NCBI GenBank assembly: GCA_001599295.1
Contig: BCGN01000005.1
Span: 558,001-622,000, forward strand
Length of the DNA stretch: 64,000 nt
Direction: 5' to 3'
Source: Sporopachydermia quercuum
Lineage: Eukaryota
The notes under the pieces were generated by a model that saw nothing but the letters and a program-made list of their open reading frames with translations, was not told the origin of the DNA and did no database searches. A program made the translations under genes and the position numbers. How positions within the stretch are numbered: the first letter of the stretch is position 1; every line of letters begins with the position of its first letter. Below, one piece after another: positions 47,645 to 62,319 of this stretch.

Positions 47645-48622
47645 ATGGGGTTCATGGCACCATGGGTGCCATCATTCACCTCATCACTAAAGGGCATTCC
47701 TTCCGATAGCACTATTTTCTTTAATTTGGCTACAATTGCACAAGAAGAAACCACTGGAGAAGTTATGCCAAAATCCAGAACCTGTGTTTATAGGGGATTC
47801 TTGTTCGATGATAAAACTACAAATGTTCTTACAATGTGTACCGATAAAAGAATGTCCAAATATTCAGAATTGAAAATCAACAACAAATTTGAAGCGTGTT
47901 TTTACTTTCCAGAAACTAGAAAACAATTCCGATTTTCTGGTTTCGTAAAGTTCGTTTCTCCAACTGAGTATCCAGATGATCTGGAAATTTATACTCCTCG
48001 TCCTATATATAGTATAAAAGGAACACCACTTCAAGCTAAACTGGATGGAAACGAAGATGAGGAGTCCCAAATTGACGATATTTCAAATAAAAGCGCTTCA
48101 ATTGGAAAATCAATACCTACCAAACAGAAAGACACTTATCCTATTTATTCCCCTACTTTATCTGCTTCACGATTTACTTCTCCAGACACACATGNATCAT
48201 CTAGCACTGGTTCAGCTAATTCAATACTAGCAGCCTGTAATAAAGCTACTAGAACATCAACATCATCCTCCCTTGATTCACAGTTTGATCTGATGAGCCT
48301 CAATGATCCCACTGCACCTACAGAAAATGACTGGAAGTCTGAAGTCGATAGAATTTGGAACACATTGTCTTCTACTATGAAGGCAAGTTTCCGTAAGCCT
48401 GCCCCAGGTAAAATACTGGATAAAAATGATGCTAAGCTGCTTAGTTCAATTTCTCGTGGTGTCGATGGTGAACCCGAAGATACTGGTTTAAAGAATTTTG
48501 TGGTATTGTTGATGTTTGTCAACCAAGTTGATGAGATAGATTTAACAACTTCTGTTGGCTCAAGAGCTCGTTATACAAGGTTTGATGAAGACCANTGGAA
48601 GGAAGTTGAGTTATGTCCTTAG
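47645..48622 (+). CDS. Pyridoxamine 5'-phosphate oxidase-like FMN-binding protein (YGR017W-like)
   Basis: MAPWVPSF, FNLAT, PKSRTCVYRGF, TDKRMSK, FEACFYFPETRKQFRFSG and C-terminal WKEVELCP. It neighbours UGA1 as in S. cerevisiae. Confidence 0.85.
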   Translation: MGFMAPWVPSFTSSLKGIPSDSTIFFNLATIAQEETTGEVMPKSRTCVYRGFLFDDKTTNVLTMCTDKRMSKYSELKINNKFEACFYFPETRKQFRFSGFVKFVSPTEYPDDLEIYTPRPIYSIKGTPLQAKLDGNEDEESQIDDISNKSASIGKSIPTKQKDTYPIYSPTLSASRFTSPDTHXSSSTGSANSILAACNKATRTSTSSSLDSQFDLMSLNDPTAPTENDWKSEVDRIWNTLSSTMKASFRKPAPGKILDKNDAKLLSSISRGVDGEPEDTGLKNFVVLLMFVNQVDEIDLTTSVGSRARYTRFDEDXWKEVELCP

Positions 48623-49037
48623 TATGTATATTGTGATGAGAATGAGTAGAAAAGAGCGTAAGTTTTTTTCTGCTTCTCCAATTATGAATTTTATATGATT
48701 TATTTTGTTTGGTTTTCAAGTGTTTCTTTTTCATCTGCTTTATGTTCTCTTATTTTATTTTGTCTCATTATGTAATCTTTTTCTTCCCTCTCTTCGGGGG
48801 TCATTATCATGAATACTTTTTATCAGTTTAATGCAAATCCCATACAACCATGGANCGCCGATGCCTGTTCTTTGTAGAATCAATACCTATTCAACAGTCC
48901 TATGATTTGCTTATAGAGTACAATTATCATACGTTCATAATAGGGTGGTTNTTAAGATTGCATTCTGTTTGTTTTATTTACAAGTCTTGATAAGATATAC
49001 ATCTATTCAATTAGCCATCACTTCCTGAATTCATGTT

Positions 49038-49724
49038 CTATCTGATTGAAGCACCAATCATATCCTCATCTACATTACAAGTATCGCTGTCACTAGCTCC
49101 CTTCAACAGACACTCTGTTCCATCGTCGTCTTCATAAACCATTTTGCCTGTTGACCCTACTCTAAGTCTTTTCTGAACATCTAACCATACTTTATGTTTT
49201 GAGGATATTTTAGAGTATTTCTCAACTTTGTCCTTATTTTGAAATGTCAATAGGTCTCCCAGCTTTGAATCACTCGGGGCATTGATAAGCTTAACAATAG
49301 TACTGCCATCTTCTTTGTTTAGTTCAGCGGCGAAAAGCATGGCCTCAGAAACACATCCCCGTAGTTTAGCCCTTTTCAGGTTTCTCAATAAAACTACTTT
49401 TCTACCTTGTAATCCTTCTATTGCGATATGTTTCACCAACCCAGAACAAACGGTAAGTAATTCTGGTTCTGCTTCAGTTTCTTCAGGTGATACTTGGATT
49501 CTAGAAACATATAGTTGTTCTGCATCAGGATGTCTATCAACTTGCTGGATCTTTCCTACTTGAATTTGTAGCAAGTTTGGATTAAATATAGTAGCTTCTG
49601 CTGATGAAACAGTGGAACTAAATCGGAATAGCTGTTGATTGGTAGTAAAGTGACTGTTGTACTGCTTAAGACATCCACTAGTCTTCCACACCAAGGGTCC
49701 CGCTCTAACACTTTGCATAAACAT
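49038..49724 (-). CDS. Stand-alone tRNA-binding OB-fold protein (EMAP II/Arc1-C/Trbp111-like) with a probable mitochondrial presequence
   Basis: LQIQVGKIQQVDRHPDAEQLYVSRI...TVCSGLVKHI...VVLLRNLKRAKLRGCVSEAMLFAA. The first ~43 aa have no acidic residues and include FRFSS. Confidence 0.85.
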   Translation of the reverse strand: MFMQSVRAGPLVWKTSGCLKQYNSHFTTNQQLFRFSSTVSSAEATIFNPNLLQIQVGKIQQVDRHPDAEQLYVSRIQVSPEETEAEPELLTVCSGLVKHIAIEGLQGRKVVLLRNLKRAKLRGCVSEAMLFAAELNKEDGSTIVKLINAPSDSKLGDLLTFQNKDKVEKYSKISSKHKVWLDVQKRLRVGSTGKMVYEDDDGTECLLKGASDSDTCNVDEDMIGASIR

Positions 49725-50010
49725 CGTGATTACGCTCCCTGCTAAAGCTCATCTAAAGCTCTGAATCTATTTTGGCATATAAGCGAGTAATCACTATATT
49801 AATCCTTGTATGGCAACAATTAACTGTCTTCTTATACCATTTACAATCAAGTCATGTTCCTAGGAAATTCCTTGGTTAACACAATGTATAAAAAACACCG
49901 TGATCAAATCATCTCATTTGCACAATATTGGATTATATGATCAGCCTTAGAAATGATCTCTATTTATAGATTACATAATTATTTAATTGGTTATTTGCAC
50001 TTATTGTAGA

Positions 50011-50085
50011 TTTCCCAAACTGGTAATCAAAACTTTATTCTCCAAAACGCGAAAAAACGCGTTTTCGTTTACCAGAATGAGTAAA
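50011..50085. promoter_or_regulatory. ECB (Mcm1-type) and MCB elements upstream of MCM6
   Basis: TTTCC-CAAACT-GGTAA (50011-50026), ACGCGA (50047), ACGCGT (50057) and a near-ECB TTTACCAGAATGAGTAAA (50068-50085). Confidence 0.65.
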
Positions 50086-50476
50086 ACGTTCATTTATTGA
50101 TTAAAGGAAACCAATAGTGAAAGAACTTATGGTGTCCCTTGAATAACGAAGTTTTATTTATTTTAACACTTTCCTAAGCATCGTTTGTTTGTTTGTTTAT
50201 CAATATTCCTTATAGATTATATTCTGGCCATTATTCTTTGTATGTTACTTTTCTTCTCATTGCTCAGTTTTAATTAGTAATGATCAGTTAACTCTTCAGA
50301 GAGGTACAGGACATATATCAGTAGAATTCAGTTAAATTTTCCTACCAACTCGCAATTAAAGGTCTCTAACGATCAATGCTCTACATTGAATGCGAAGAGT
50401 GATAGACAGTCAACAAACAGTATAAACTCAACTTGGAAAATAGTAATATATAAATCGAGAGGACAAATCATTGAAG

Positions 50477-53425
<2,949 letters not shown>

Positions 53426-53681
53426 TTCATTTGAATGGGAAATAAGGAATAATGGTGAATTGGTTGACTGTGTATTTTATTGTAATAAAAACTTTTTTTT
53501 TGAAGTACATTAAAATATCAAATCGATAGAACAGTACATTGTAACCCTGTAGGTCACAAAAATTAAAATACCGATATTTTTTATTTGTTTTTTTTCGTGC
53601 TGGTTAATTACAAAATCATAAAACACCCAAGAAATCGAATCAAAATTAAAGCCGGGATGATTCATCTTTATGAGAAAATAG

Positions 53682-54857
53682 TCATTTGCTTAAGGGTAAA
53701 ATATCAGGCAAAGGACCAACAGGGGTTATTCCATAAGGGTTGATTTGAGGATGAGATCTAGTATAGTGCCTCTTGATATGAAGAAAGTTTGTAGTATCCT
53801 TGAATCCTTCGACTTCCCAGTAAAGATGCTTCAACCACTCGTGAATATGAGGATAATCATAACGAATCATTCCAATATTACATTTGAAATGTTGGACATA
53901 AACAGGGTCAAATCTGACAATTGTTGGATAAAGACGGATGTCAACTTCAGTCAACTCATCGCCTAATAAATACTTCTGGCCTTTAGAGTGTTTATCAGCT
54001 AAGATAGATTCAACTTTATCTAAGTGAGTAAAGAGATTCTTAACATTAGCTTCATAGGGTTCTTGCTTGGTAGCAAAACCAGCTTTATAGACACCATTGT
54101 TGATGCTATCATAAACCCATTCATTTATTTCGTCAATTTCTTTCAAGAGATTGCTAGGTGCAAAATTAAGACCTTTATATGGCTCGGATAATAAAGAGTC
54201 GAATTCATTATAGAACATACGAATAATTTCTGAGGATTCGTTATTGACAATAGTATGGGTTTTCTTGTCGAACAAAACAGGAACAGTAATTCTTCCATCA
54301 TAGTCAGGCTGAGCTTTGAGATAAACCTCTCTCAATCTCTTGGCTCCAAAAATAGGGTCCGAAGTAGCTCCTGGTGCATCGTCATCAGATTCAGTGGCAA
54401 ATCTCCAACCGTCTTTGTCCATATGCCAGTGAACAACTGATAATGTGATTATAGACGTTAATCCTTTCAATCCTCTAGTTAAAAGAGTTCTATGAGCCCA
54501 AGGACAAGCGTAAGATACATAGAGATGATATCTGTTTAACTCTGGTGGATATTTAGCCCCTGGAGCAGAAGAGATTCTTTCACGGAAAGAAGACTTAACT
54601 AATGTTAATTTTGATGATTCTTTGACTAATCATTAATCCCAAACCATTACTACCAGATAAACTGCTCGCAATTGTCAAACTAACTTACAGGTCTTCTGTT
54701 GAATTCCCCTGTCTTTTCATCGGCCCACTTCTGAGTAATTGGCTACACAGCAATTGTCAGTAATCCATTAGTCTAAAAAGCTATTAAAGCTGTCACACAG
54801 TGAAGAATATCTTATTTCTATTCTAGTAGAAATCCGACCTAAAGTACTTACTGGCAT
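53682..54857 (-). CDS. ECM4: Omega-class glutathione transferase / glutathionyl-hydroquinone reductase, three exons (54857-54852, 54742-54689, 54593-53682), about 323 aa
   Basis: Spliced N-terminus [29 protein letters not shown]...[17 protein letters not shown], then [21 protein letters not shown] and [11 protein letters not shown]. Confidence 0.92.
54594..54688 (-). other. ECM4 intron 2 (95 nt) with AAG acceptor
   Basis: GTAAGT donor and AATTAAC branch-like motif. With this donor, only the AAG ending at 54594 keeps the frame. Confidence 0.75.
54743..54851 (-). other. ECM4 intron 1 (109 nt) after a 6 nt coding exon
   Basis: ATGCCA|GTAAGT donor, TACTGAC branch and TAG acceptor. The frame is preserved. 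Confidence 0.85.
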
Positions 54858-56783
54858 TGTTCAATTCCCTTTTGTCTTCGTTCCTTTTTATCTGGTTGTG
54901 CGTGAGCGTACTTGTATCAAGCGATCAAACTAAGCTCAATGGCGTATATCTTCCATGAAAGTAATAGACTTGTTCAATTGTAAGATACAACAATAATCAT
55001 TAGCTGTACTATCGACAGCTATCAAATACATAATCAAGCCAATTGAATACAGGAACTCCTTATTTATATGTGGAGGCAATTGACATAAAAAGGGAAGTAA
55101 AAAAGAGGTTTCAGTTAGTAATGAAGCTCCGCAAAGTTTGAAGCCAAAATAAAGTTTGTGCGGTTTAAGCTATTAAACTGACGCAGGGAAGATAATGTTC
55201 AGGAAGTGGAGCTGGAAAGATGGGTAATTGGCAGTAGATAGAAACATAAAAAGTACTTTGATTTAAATGGCTTTATTCAAATTTCAGCCGGAATGTTTAT
55301 TTGAAACCTCAAAGTCAAAAATGAAAAGAACCAATGATTTGAAATGTTCATAGTAGTTCTCTCAACTATAATAGTGTATAATGGAGAATAGAATAGTAGT
55401 AAGTGCTTAATAATAATCTCATTAAATTTAAGTTTACTAGTATAAGTGTCATTAACTGAACTTAATCTGAATTCTGCATGAATCTTGCATGATTTTTGAA
55501 GCTTAACTCAACAACTAAGGTGATGTTGGTGATGAAAACAGGATGACATATATCACTAATAGAATATTGTCGAATGAAACATGAATATTGGGTTTCTACT
55601 TTCTAATTGAATAGGTTATAATAGCCAAACTTGAAATTAACTATTTGTAGTACACGTACACGTTACAGTTTATTATTACAGTAAGTAATAATAAATATTA
55701 GCTTTTGATTCATGGTTATGTAACTAGTAAGGTTTGACGCATTATTACTGCTCCTGAAATGATGAGCTTCTATTATATAAACGTATTCATTAACTTTTCG
55801 GTGATGAGTATTGATAACCACTATAGCAGTAGTGGGTGTCTTATTTTATTCTATTCTGTATTGATAACGATTTGAATACAAATTTGGGTGGAGAAGCACT
55901 TAACGTCCAGCATTTCAGAGTAATCAATCTTAAACGTTCAACCTCCCCTCTTCAGTATCATCTCGGGAGAACTATTTGCAAACAATGGTTGTCTTTGTCA
56001 CCTGTATGGTGCTGGGTCGTATTTTCTTATTCTTTGAAATCGTGTTGACTAGCGTTTGAAGTCATATTTAGTGCAGTTATTATGGATCAGAGGGAACATC
56101 GATGTTATTTACTATGTAACTTTCTATCATACACCGTGTTTCATCTTCAGTTTTTGTCTTGAAGAGGAAATACCGATTAGTAATCAGCACAGATCATATT
56201 TTCAATTGCGTGAAAAGTCCTACCTATAATTCAAATTAACTAATTCTAATGGCAAAAAACAGTTCCTTTAAAATAGTTCCTCTCACTCAATTCTTTCTTG
56301 AACATACAGAATGTAGTATGTAAAGAGTACTTGTTCTATTGATGTCCTTCACCTGATGATCTGTACCCTTCTTTAACACCAGCAGGCAAGACTCATCTGA
56401 CTGTAAACTCTTTCTACCCTTCTTTTCTCCCTTCCTATTTAAAGCATATTTAGTATATTTTAAACACAATTTAAATACATTCTACAATTAGAACTAGCGA
56501 TATTAACTTGGAAACTCATTTTTCCGTATTAACTTTAGCTCTTCAAGCTGTCAATGCTGTATTCTTGATTATTCATTAAAGCCACTATGCTAAGCGGATT
56601 ATGTGTCATATTTGTCATACATATTTGTCACATATTGAGAACCATCATAATTGCAGAATTATTGTGTGGAAAAGTACAGTTTGATAACTAGAGGGAGAAT
56701 AAGTTATAAGTAATGGAGAAACTTTGCATTTGATATAATCAAATTTTACGTCAATGACAAATTACAAGTCCGGAGATAAAACA

Positions 56784-56814
56784 TTTCATACTTCAACTTA
56801 GTTGAAGTATGAAA
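56784..56814. repeat. Perfect inverted repeat, 15 bp arms with a 1 nt spacer
   Basis: TTTCATACTTCAACT-T-AGTTGAAGTATGAAA. Confidence 0.95.
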
Positions 56815-57419
56815 AAAAAGTACTAGCTAGATAATGGTATCTTGGTACTGAGGAAACTCTTGAGTGAAAAGTCTTAATTCTCCCAACTGTTGTTTAAATG
56901 GGTAGTTTGGTTGATTGCATATGACAGACAAGACAATATAAACATACAGTCGATGCAACTTCCACTTACAAAAGAAGCTTTCTTGGTAGACCATTGTATA
57001 TATTTCATTTTAGTCAATAATCAAATAAACAAACCAAATCAATTTTCTCATTCTCTAACCTCTTCAGTCTCATTTGTATCCCTTTAACTTCAACAGCTTT
57101 CGTTCATACCGGTTGTCATATCGGGTTTAACTCTTTTATAAAGTTATGACATACGCGAAATGCTCAAGCACTATATGACAACTAACGTCCAATGTGGCTG
57201 TCTTGTTACCTTATGGATAAAAAAGCTAAACTCGGTGCCTCATTGTTGACTCTTTTCTTTGTTCAATATTAAGAAAGGGGCTGATTGATCGTATGTATTA
57301 TGTATTGCTAACATTGATGGTAAAGGAAAACTTCTGAATGATCAGTTGTCGTGTTGCTGTTAGATATGGTTGTATCCCAGCAGTAAACAAGTGATATATA
57401 GTTTCAAAAAGATAAATGA

Positions 57420-58622
<1,203 letters not shown>

Positions 58623-58957
58623 ATAGATTAATGAATTCTTCTATACGAGAATTTGATGATATATGACGGTTGTATTATTATAAGACATTGTACTATTTAT
58701 TTCAGGAAGCTTGACGATTTGTCCATTTCTTCGCTTTATCTGATGGATGGGCTATCGACACTAGTGAATTCTGTGCCTGCCAAAATTTCATCTGGAACAT
58801 TATCAAATCAATAGTTGTATTCCTGAATGATCACACTGTTCTAAGCTGACCTTACACACATGTTGTTACTACAGGCAGTATTGGCATTACTTGATCACTT
58901 GTTTAGATGTCTTGCCAGAGGGATTAACTTCATGGTTCTGGCTAGACGTGTAGTCGT

Positions 58958-59758
58958 TTACTCGGGTTTCAGTGATTCTTCTGAATTCACTACTTGTTTT
59001 GATTTCGTTATGAATGGATTAGCACATTTTCTTTCTTCTTGTTCACCACTTTCTAAATTTGCCATAAATTGCCAGTCAACTGGTGATAATAAATATCCTG
59101 ATCTACTTTTCGCTATTATCACGCCGAATTCATCACCAGCAGTACTTAGGTAATAATAATTACCATCCCCTAAAGAAATCACCTTTGCTCTTATTATATC
59201 ACCAGGTCTAAAACACTTTTCTACTCTCACTTTATCTCGTTCGGTGCTTCTGATATCTTGAACTCTTATAATACCTTTGAATCCCTCGCCTATATGGCTC
59301 ACTTTAAGTAGTCCTTCAACTAATACATTACTTGCGTTCAGCATAGCATTGTTACTACTACTTATAGTGACTTTGTTGTCTATTATTCTCTCACTTCCAA
59401 TTCCAGAGTCTACATTGGCCAGTCTATTCTCAATTACTAATATTTCCACGTTGACTTGTGTGCGAGATATACGAGTGACTTTTGCTAGAACAGTATCATT
59501 TTCTGTGGGTACAACTGCTGAACCTCCTAAGGATTCGGCGCTACTTCTATCAACAGAAACCGCCACTTCACCATCTTCCTTCTTAATTTTATGCAATCGT
59601 CCTAATTGTGTAGATACGATGAAAGCTGCTCCTCCCTTGCCTTGTGTTTGTTGTACTTTCATGTTTGTATTGAGATATTGGGTTTCAGTGCCTGCCCCTG
59701 CTTTATGTCCTTCTAAAGGACATAGCGGTTGACCTGGAACAACTATTTGATTGCTCAT
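58958..59758 (-). CDS. CSL4: Exosome cap subunit Csl4
   Basis: IVVPGQPL, S1 domain FKGIIRVQDIRSTERDKV...FRPGDIIRAKVISLGDG.YYLSTA and C-terminal ERKCANP. Confidence 0.95.
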   Translation of the reverse strand: MSNQIVVPGQPLCPLEGHKAGAGTETQYLNTNMKVQQTQGKGGAAFIVSTQLGRLHKIKKEDGEVAVSVDRSSAESLGGSAVVPTENDTVLAKVTRISRTQVNVEILVIENRLANVDSGIGSERIIDNKVTISSSNNAMLNASNVLVEGLLKVSHIGEGFKGIIRVQDIRSTERDKVRVEKCFRPGDIIRAKVISLGDGNYYYLSTAGDEFGVIIAKSRSGYLLSPVDWQFMANLESGEQEERKCANPFITKSKQVVNSEESLKPE

Positions 59759-59885
59759 CTTTGATACTCTAATGAATTATGAAGCTATGTCTTATACTAA
59801 ATCCAATGATTGTCTCCCTTGAATTGTAGTTAGGAGCGACAATGATTAAAAGGTGATGATGTTAATGGAGAAATTACGGCTCTCT

Positions 59886-59924
59886 GAGAATTTTTTTATG
59901 CGATGATGAAAGTAGTGAGATGAG
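59886..59924. promoter_or_regulatory. RRPE-like and PAC-like ribosome-biogenesis elements upstream of CSL4
   Basis: GAGAATTTTTTT (59886-59897), GCGATGA (59900) and GAGATGAG (59917), 130-170 bp upstream of the ATG. Confidence 0.6.
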
Positions 59925-61331
59925 ATGTCATGTTAAGATATAAGTTTGATCGTTGGGAAGAGAGTACGAGCAATTAGGATGCATAACTTGGTAGTCCCAG
60001 TAATATCCATAGGAAAAACAGTATAAGAAGAGAAGCAGAAGAATTTTGGTTCTCTTTGATTATTGATAAGTAAATTCTTGTTTCAGAGTTGGAAATTGGG
60101 CCAAGTGTCTAGGGGTAGAAGATAAGAAAAAGCATAATAAATCGGATATCATGTGCTGAAATTTTGTATAAATAAGGTGATCATTCCTTTTTACTGTATT
60201 ACTTACTTTCACATTTATTTGTATTCAATCACCACTTTATTCTACTACAAGGACCAATTAAACTTCTTCAAATTGAAGCACATACAGTCTTTACTGTAGA
60301 TAGATTACTCTTCCTCATACATCTCAGTTTACTGAAGTTCTTCTATTCAATAACTGAAAAGCTTTCAGAAAGCATTGATTCTTCAAGATACATGCATAGC
60401 AGCGAATTTAATTTCACTTAGCAAAGAAAGGAAAGAATTAGAGAGCGTAGCTAGAAAATAAATTTCTCGCTAAAGAAAGAAATAAAAACAAAAAATAAAA
60501 AATAAAAAGAGAATCAGAAGTTACTTTGGAAGTTCCGCATCACACCTACTATACATCAGCGTATTCCAAACCGCAATCTTCACGAGGGAAGCTCTCTGCT
60601 GGATTTCTCCCCTGAAGTGTATCTTCCTGAATTAAAGCGGAAGAGATATCGACTACTCAAATATCCAATTTCCGCTTCTCGTNAGATTCGATCCGGGCGC
60701 CAATGTACTTCGCATGCAGGCAAGGAAAGGACACATTACCTCATTTCTTCTAGTAGCCATTACAGCCAATTTGTGTTGGTTGCATGATGGTACATAAATA
60801 GTAATTTCAACATAGTTTCCGAAGTCATAATCTCTGCAATTTGGTATCTATATTTATGTTTAGTATATAAAAAATAGCGAAAAGTACCATTAATTAACTC
60901 GTTTTGCAATAAAAGTCAACTGTTCACATCTTAATCGTCTTGGCTGAAACAATGTTTGTATAATCTATCAGTCAACATTATACACCAATTCATTCCAATT
61001 AATAACTCTTTATTTCGACTGGTATCAAGTAAGCAACATCATTTCCGATATCTCAGTGCTTTGCGTCTCATTACGTTGGGNCCTCCAACAGGAAGTGTGG
61101 AGAGTATTTCTACCTTTTTCTTCTTTCGATTAAAATATTATTAATGGTATTCAGTCTGTATGATTGGGATAGTATATATAATGTCAGTTCTTAGTGCAAT
61201 TGATCAACCATTTTGATACAATTATAACTGCATCTAAGCTCGTATATTGTGGTGAAACTTGCTCTGATCAACCTCCGTCATAGATCCCATTTTGTTCACA
61301 GCAGTACATGAATAATAAATACTACAACAAA

Positions 61332-62024
61332 ATGTCTAAAGCTATCATTGCACCATCTATTCTTTCGGGCGACTTTGCCAATTTAGGCTGTGACTGCTGT
61401 AAAATGGTTGGATATAGAGCTGATTGGCTTCATATTGATGTCATGGATGGGCATTTTGTTCCAAATTTGACATTCGGACCACCAGTCATCAAAGCTTTGC
61501 GCAAAGCTTGTCCTCAAGAAGAAGATGGCAGGGGGTTCTTTGATTGTCATATGATGATTGCTGAACCAGAAAAATGGGTTGAAGAAGTTGCTAAAGCTGG
61601 CGGAAACCAGTACACGTTTCATTATGAGGCAACTAAGGATCCTTTGGCTTTAGTCAAGTTAATAAAAGAAAATGAAATGCGTGCTGCTTGTGCCATCAAG
61701 CCAGGCACTCCAGTTGATGTTTTATTCCCATTGGCTCCTCATCTTGACATGGCTTTAGTTATGACAGTTGAGCCAGGTTTTGGTGGTCAGAAGTTCATGC
61801 CGGAAATGATGCCAAAAGTTGAAGAATTACGTAAGAAATATCCTAACTTAGATATTCAAGTAGATGGAGGCCTAGGCAAAGAAACAATTGATGTAGCTGC
61901 TGAAGCTGGCGCCAATGTTATTGTTGCTGGTACTGGTATTTTCAAAGCTGAAGATCCAGCTGAGATGATAAAATACTTGAGAGGAAGAGTTCAAAAGCAA
62001 ATAGATTCAAGAAATAGACTATAA
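61332..62024 (+). CDS. RPE1: D-ribulose-5-phosphate 3-epimerase
   Basis: [43 protein letters not shown] and IQVDGG. The likely start is 61332 (aaaATG); an in-frame ATG at 61308 would add 8 aa. Confidence 0.97.
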   Translation: MSKAIIAPSILSGDFANLGCDCCKMVGYRADWLHIDVMDGHFVPNLTFGPPVIKALRKACPQEEDGRGFFDCHMMIAEPEKWVEEVAKAGGNQYTFHYEATKDPLALVKLIKENEMRAACAIKPGTPVDVLFPLAPHLDMALVMTVEPGFGGQKFMPEMMPKVEELRKKYPNLDIQVDGGLGKETIDVAAEAGANVIVAGTGIFKAEDPAEMIKYLRGRVQKQIDSRNRL

Positions 62025-62319
62025 CGGAAAGCAGTATTATACCTGTTTCTTAGGCCTAGAAGATGTATACATGCATATTCATATCATTCTCTATCAACAT
62101 AAGATAGTAATATCATAACTCACTGTATCAATAACTGGTGTAGATTACGATGTTCTAACTAGATGATTAGAAAGATAGTGATTGATATTCTGAAGCTATG
62201 GAATTAAATGATCGCTGTGGTTTGTTCTATATAATTCATCTTTCTTGAAATTCACGTACCACTATCGCTGAATGGTCGTATTATATTGTTTTAATATTCT
62301 AATTGACATGCTTTCCCAA

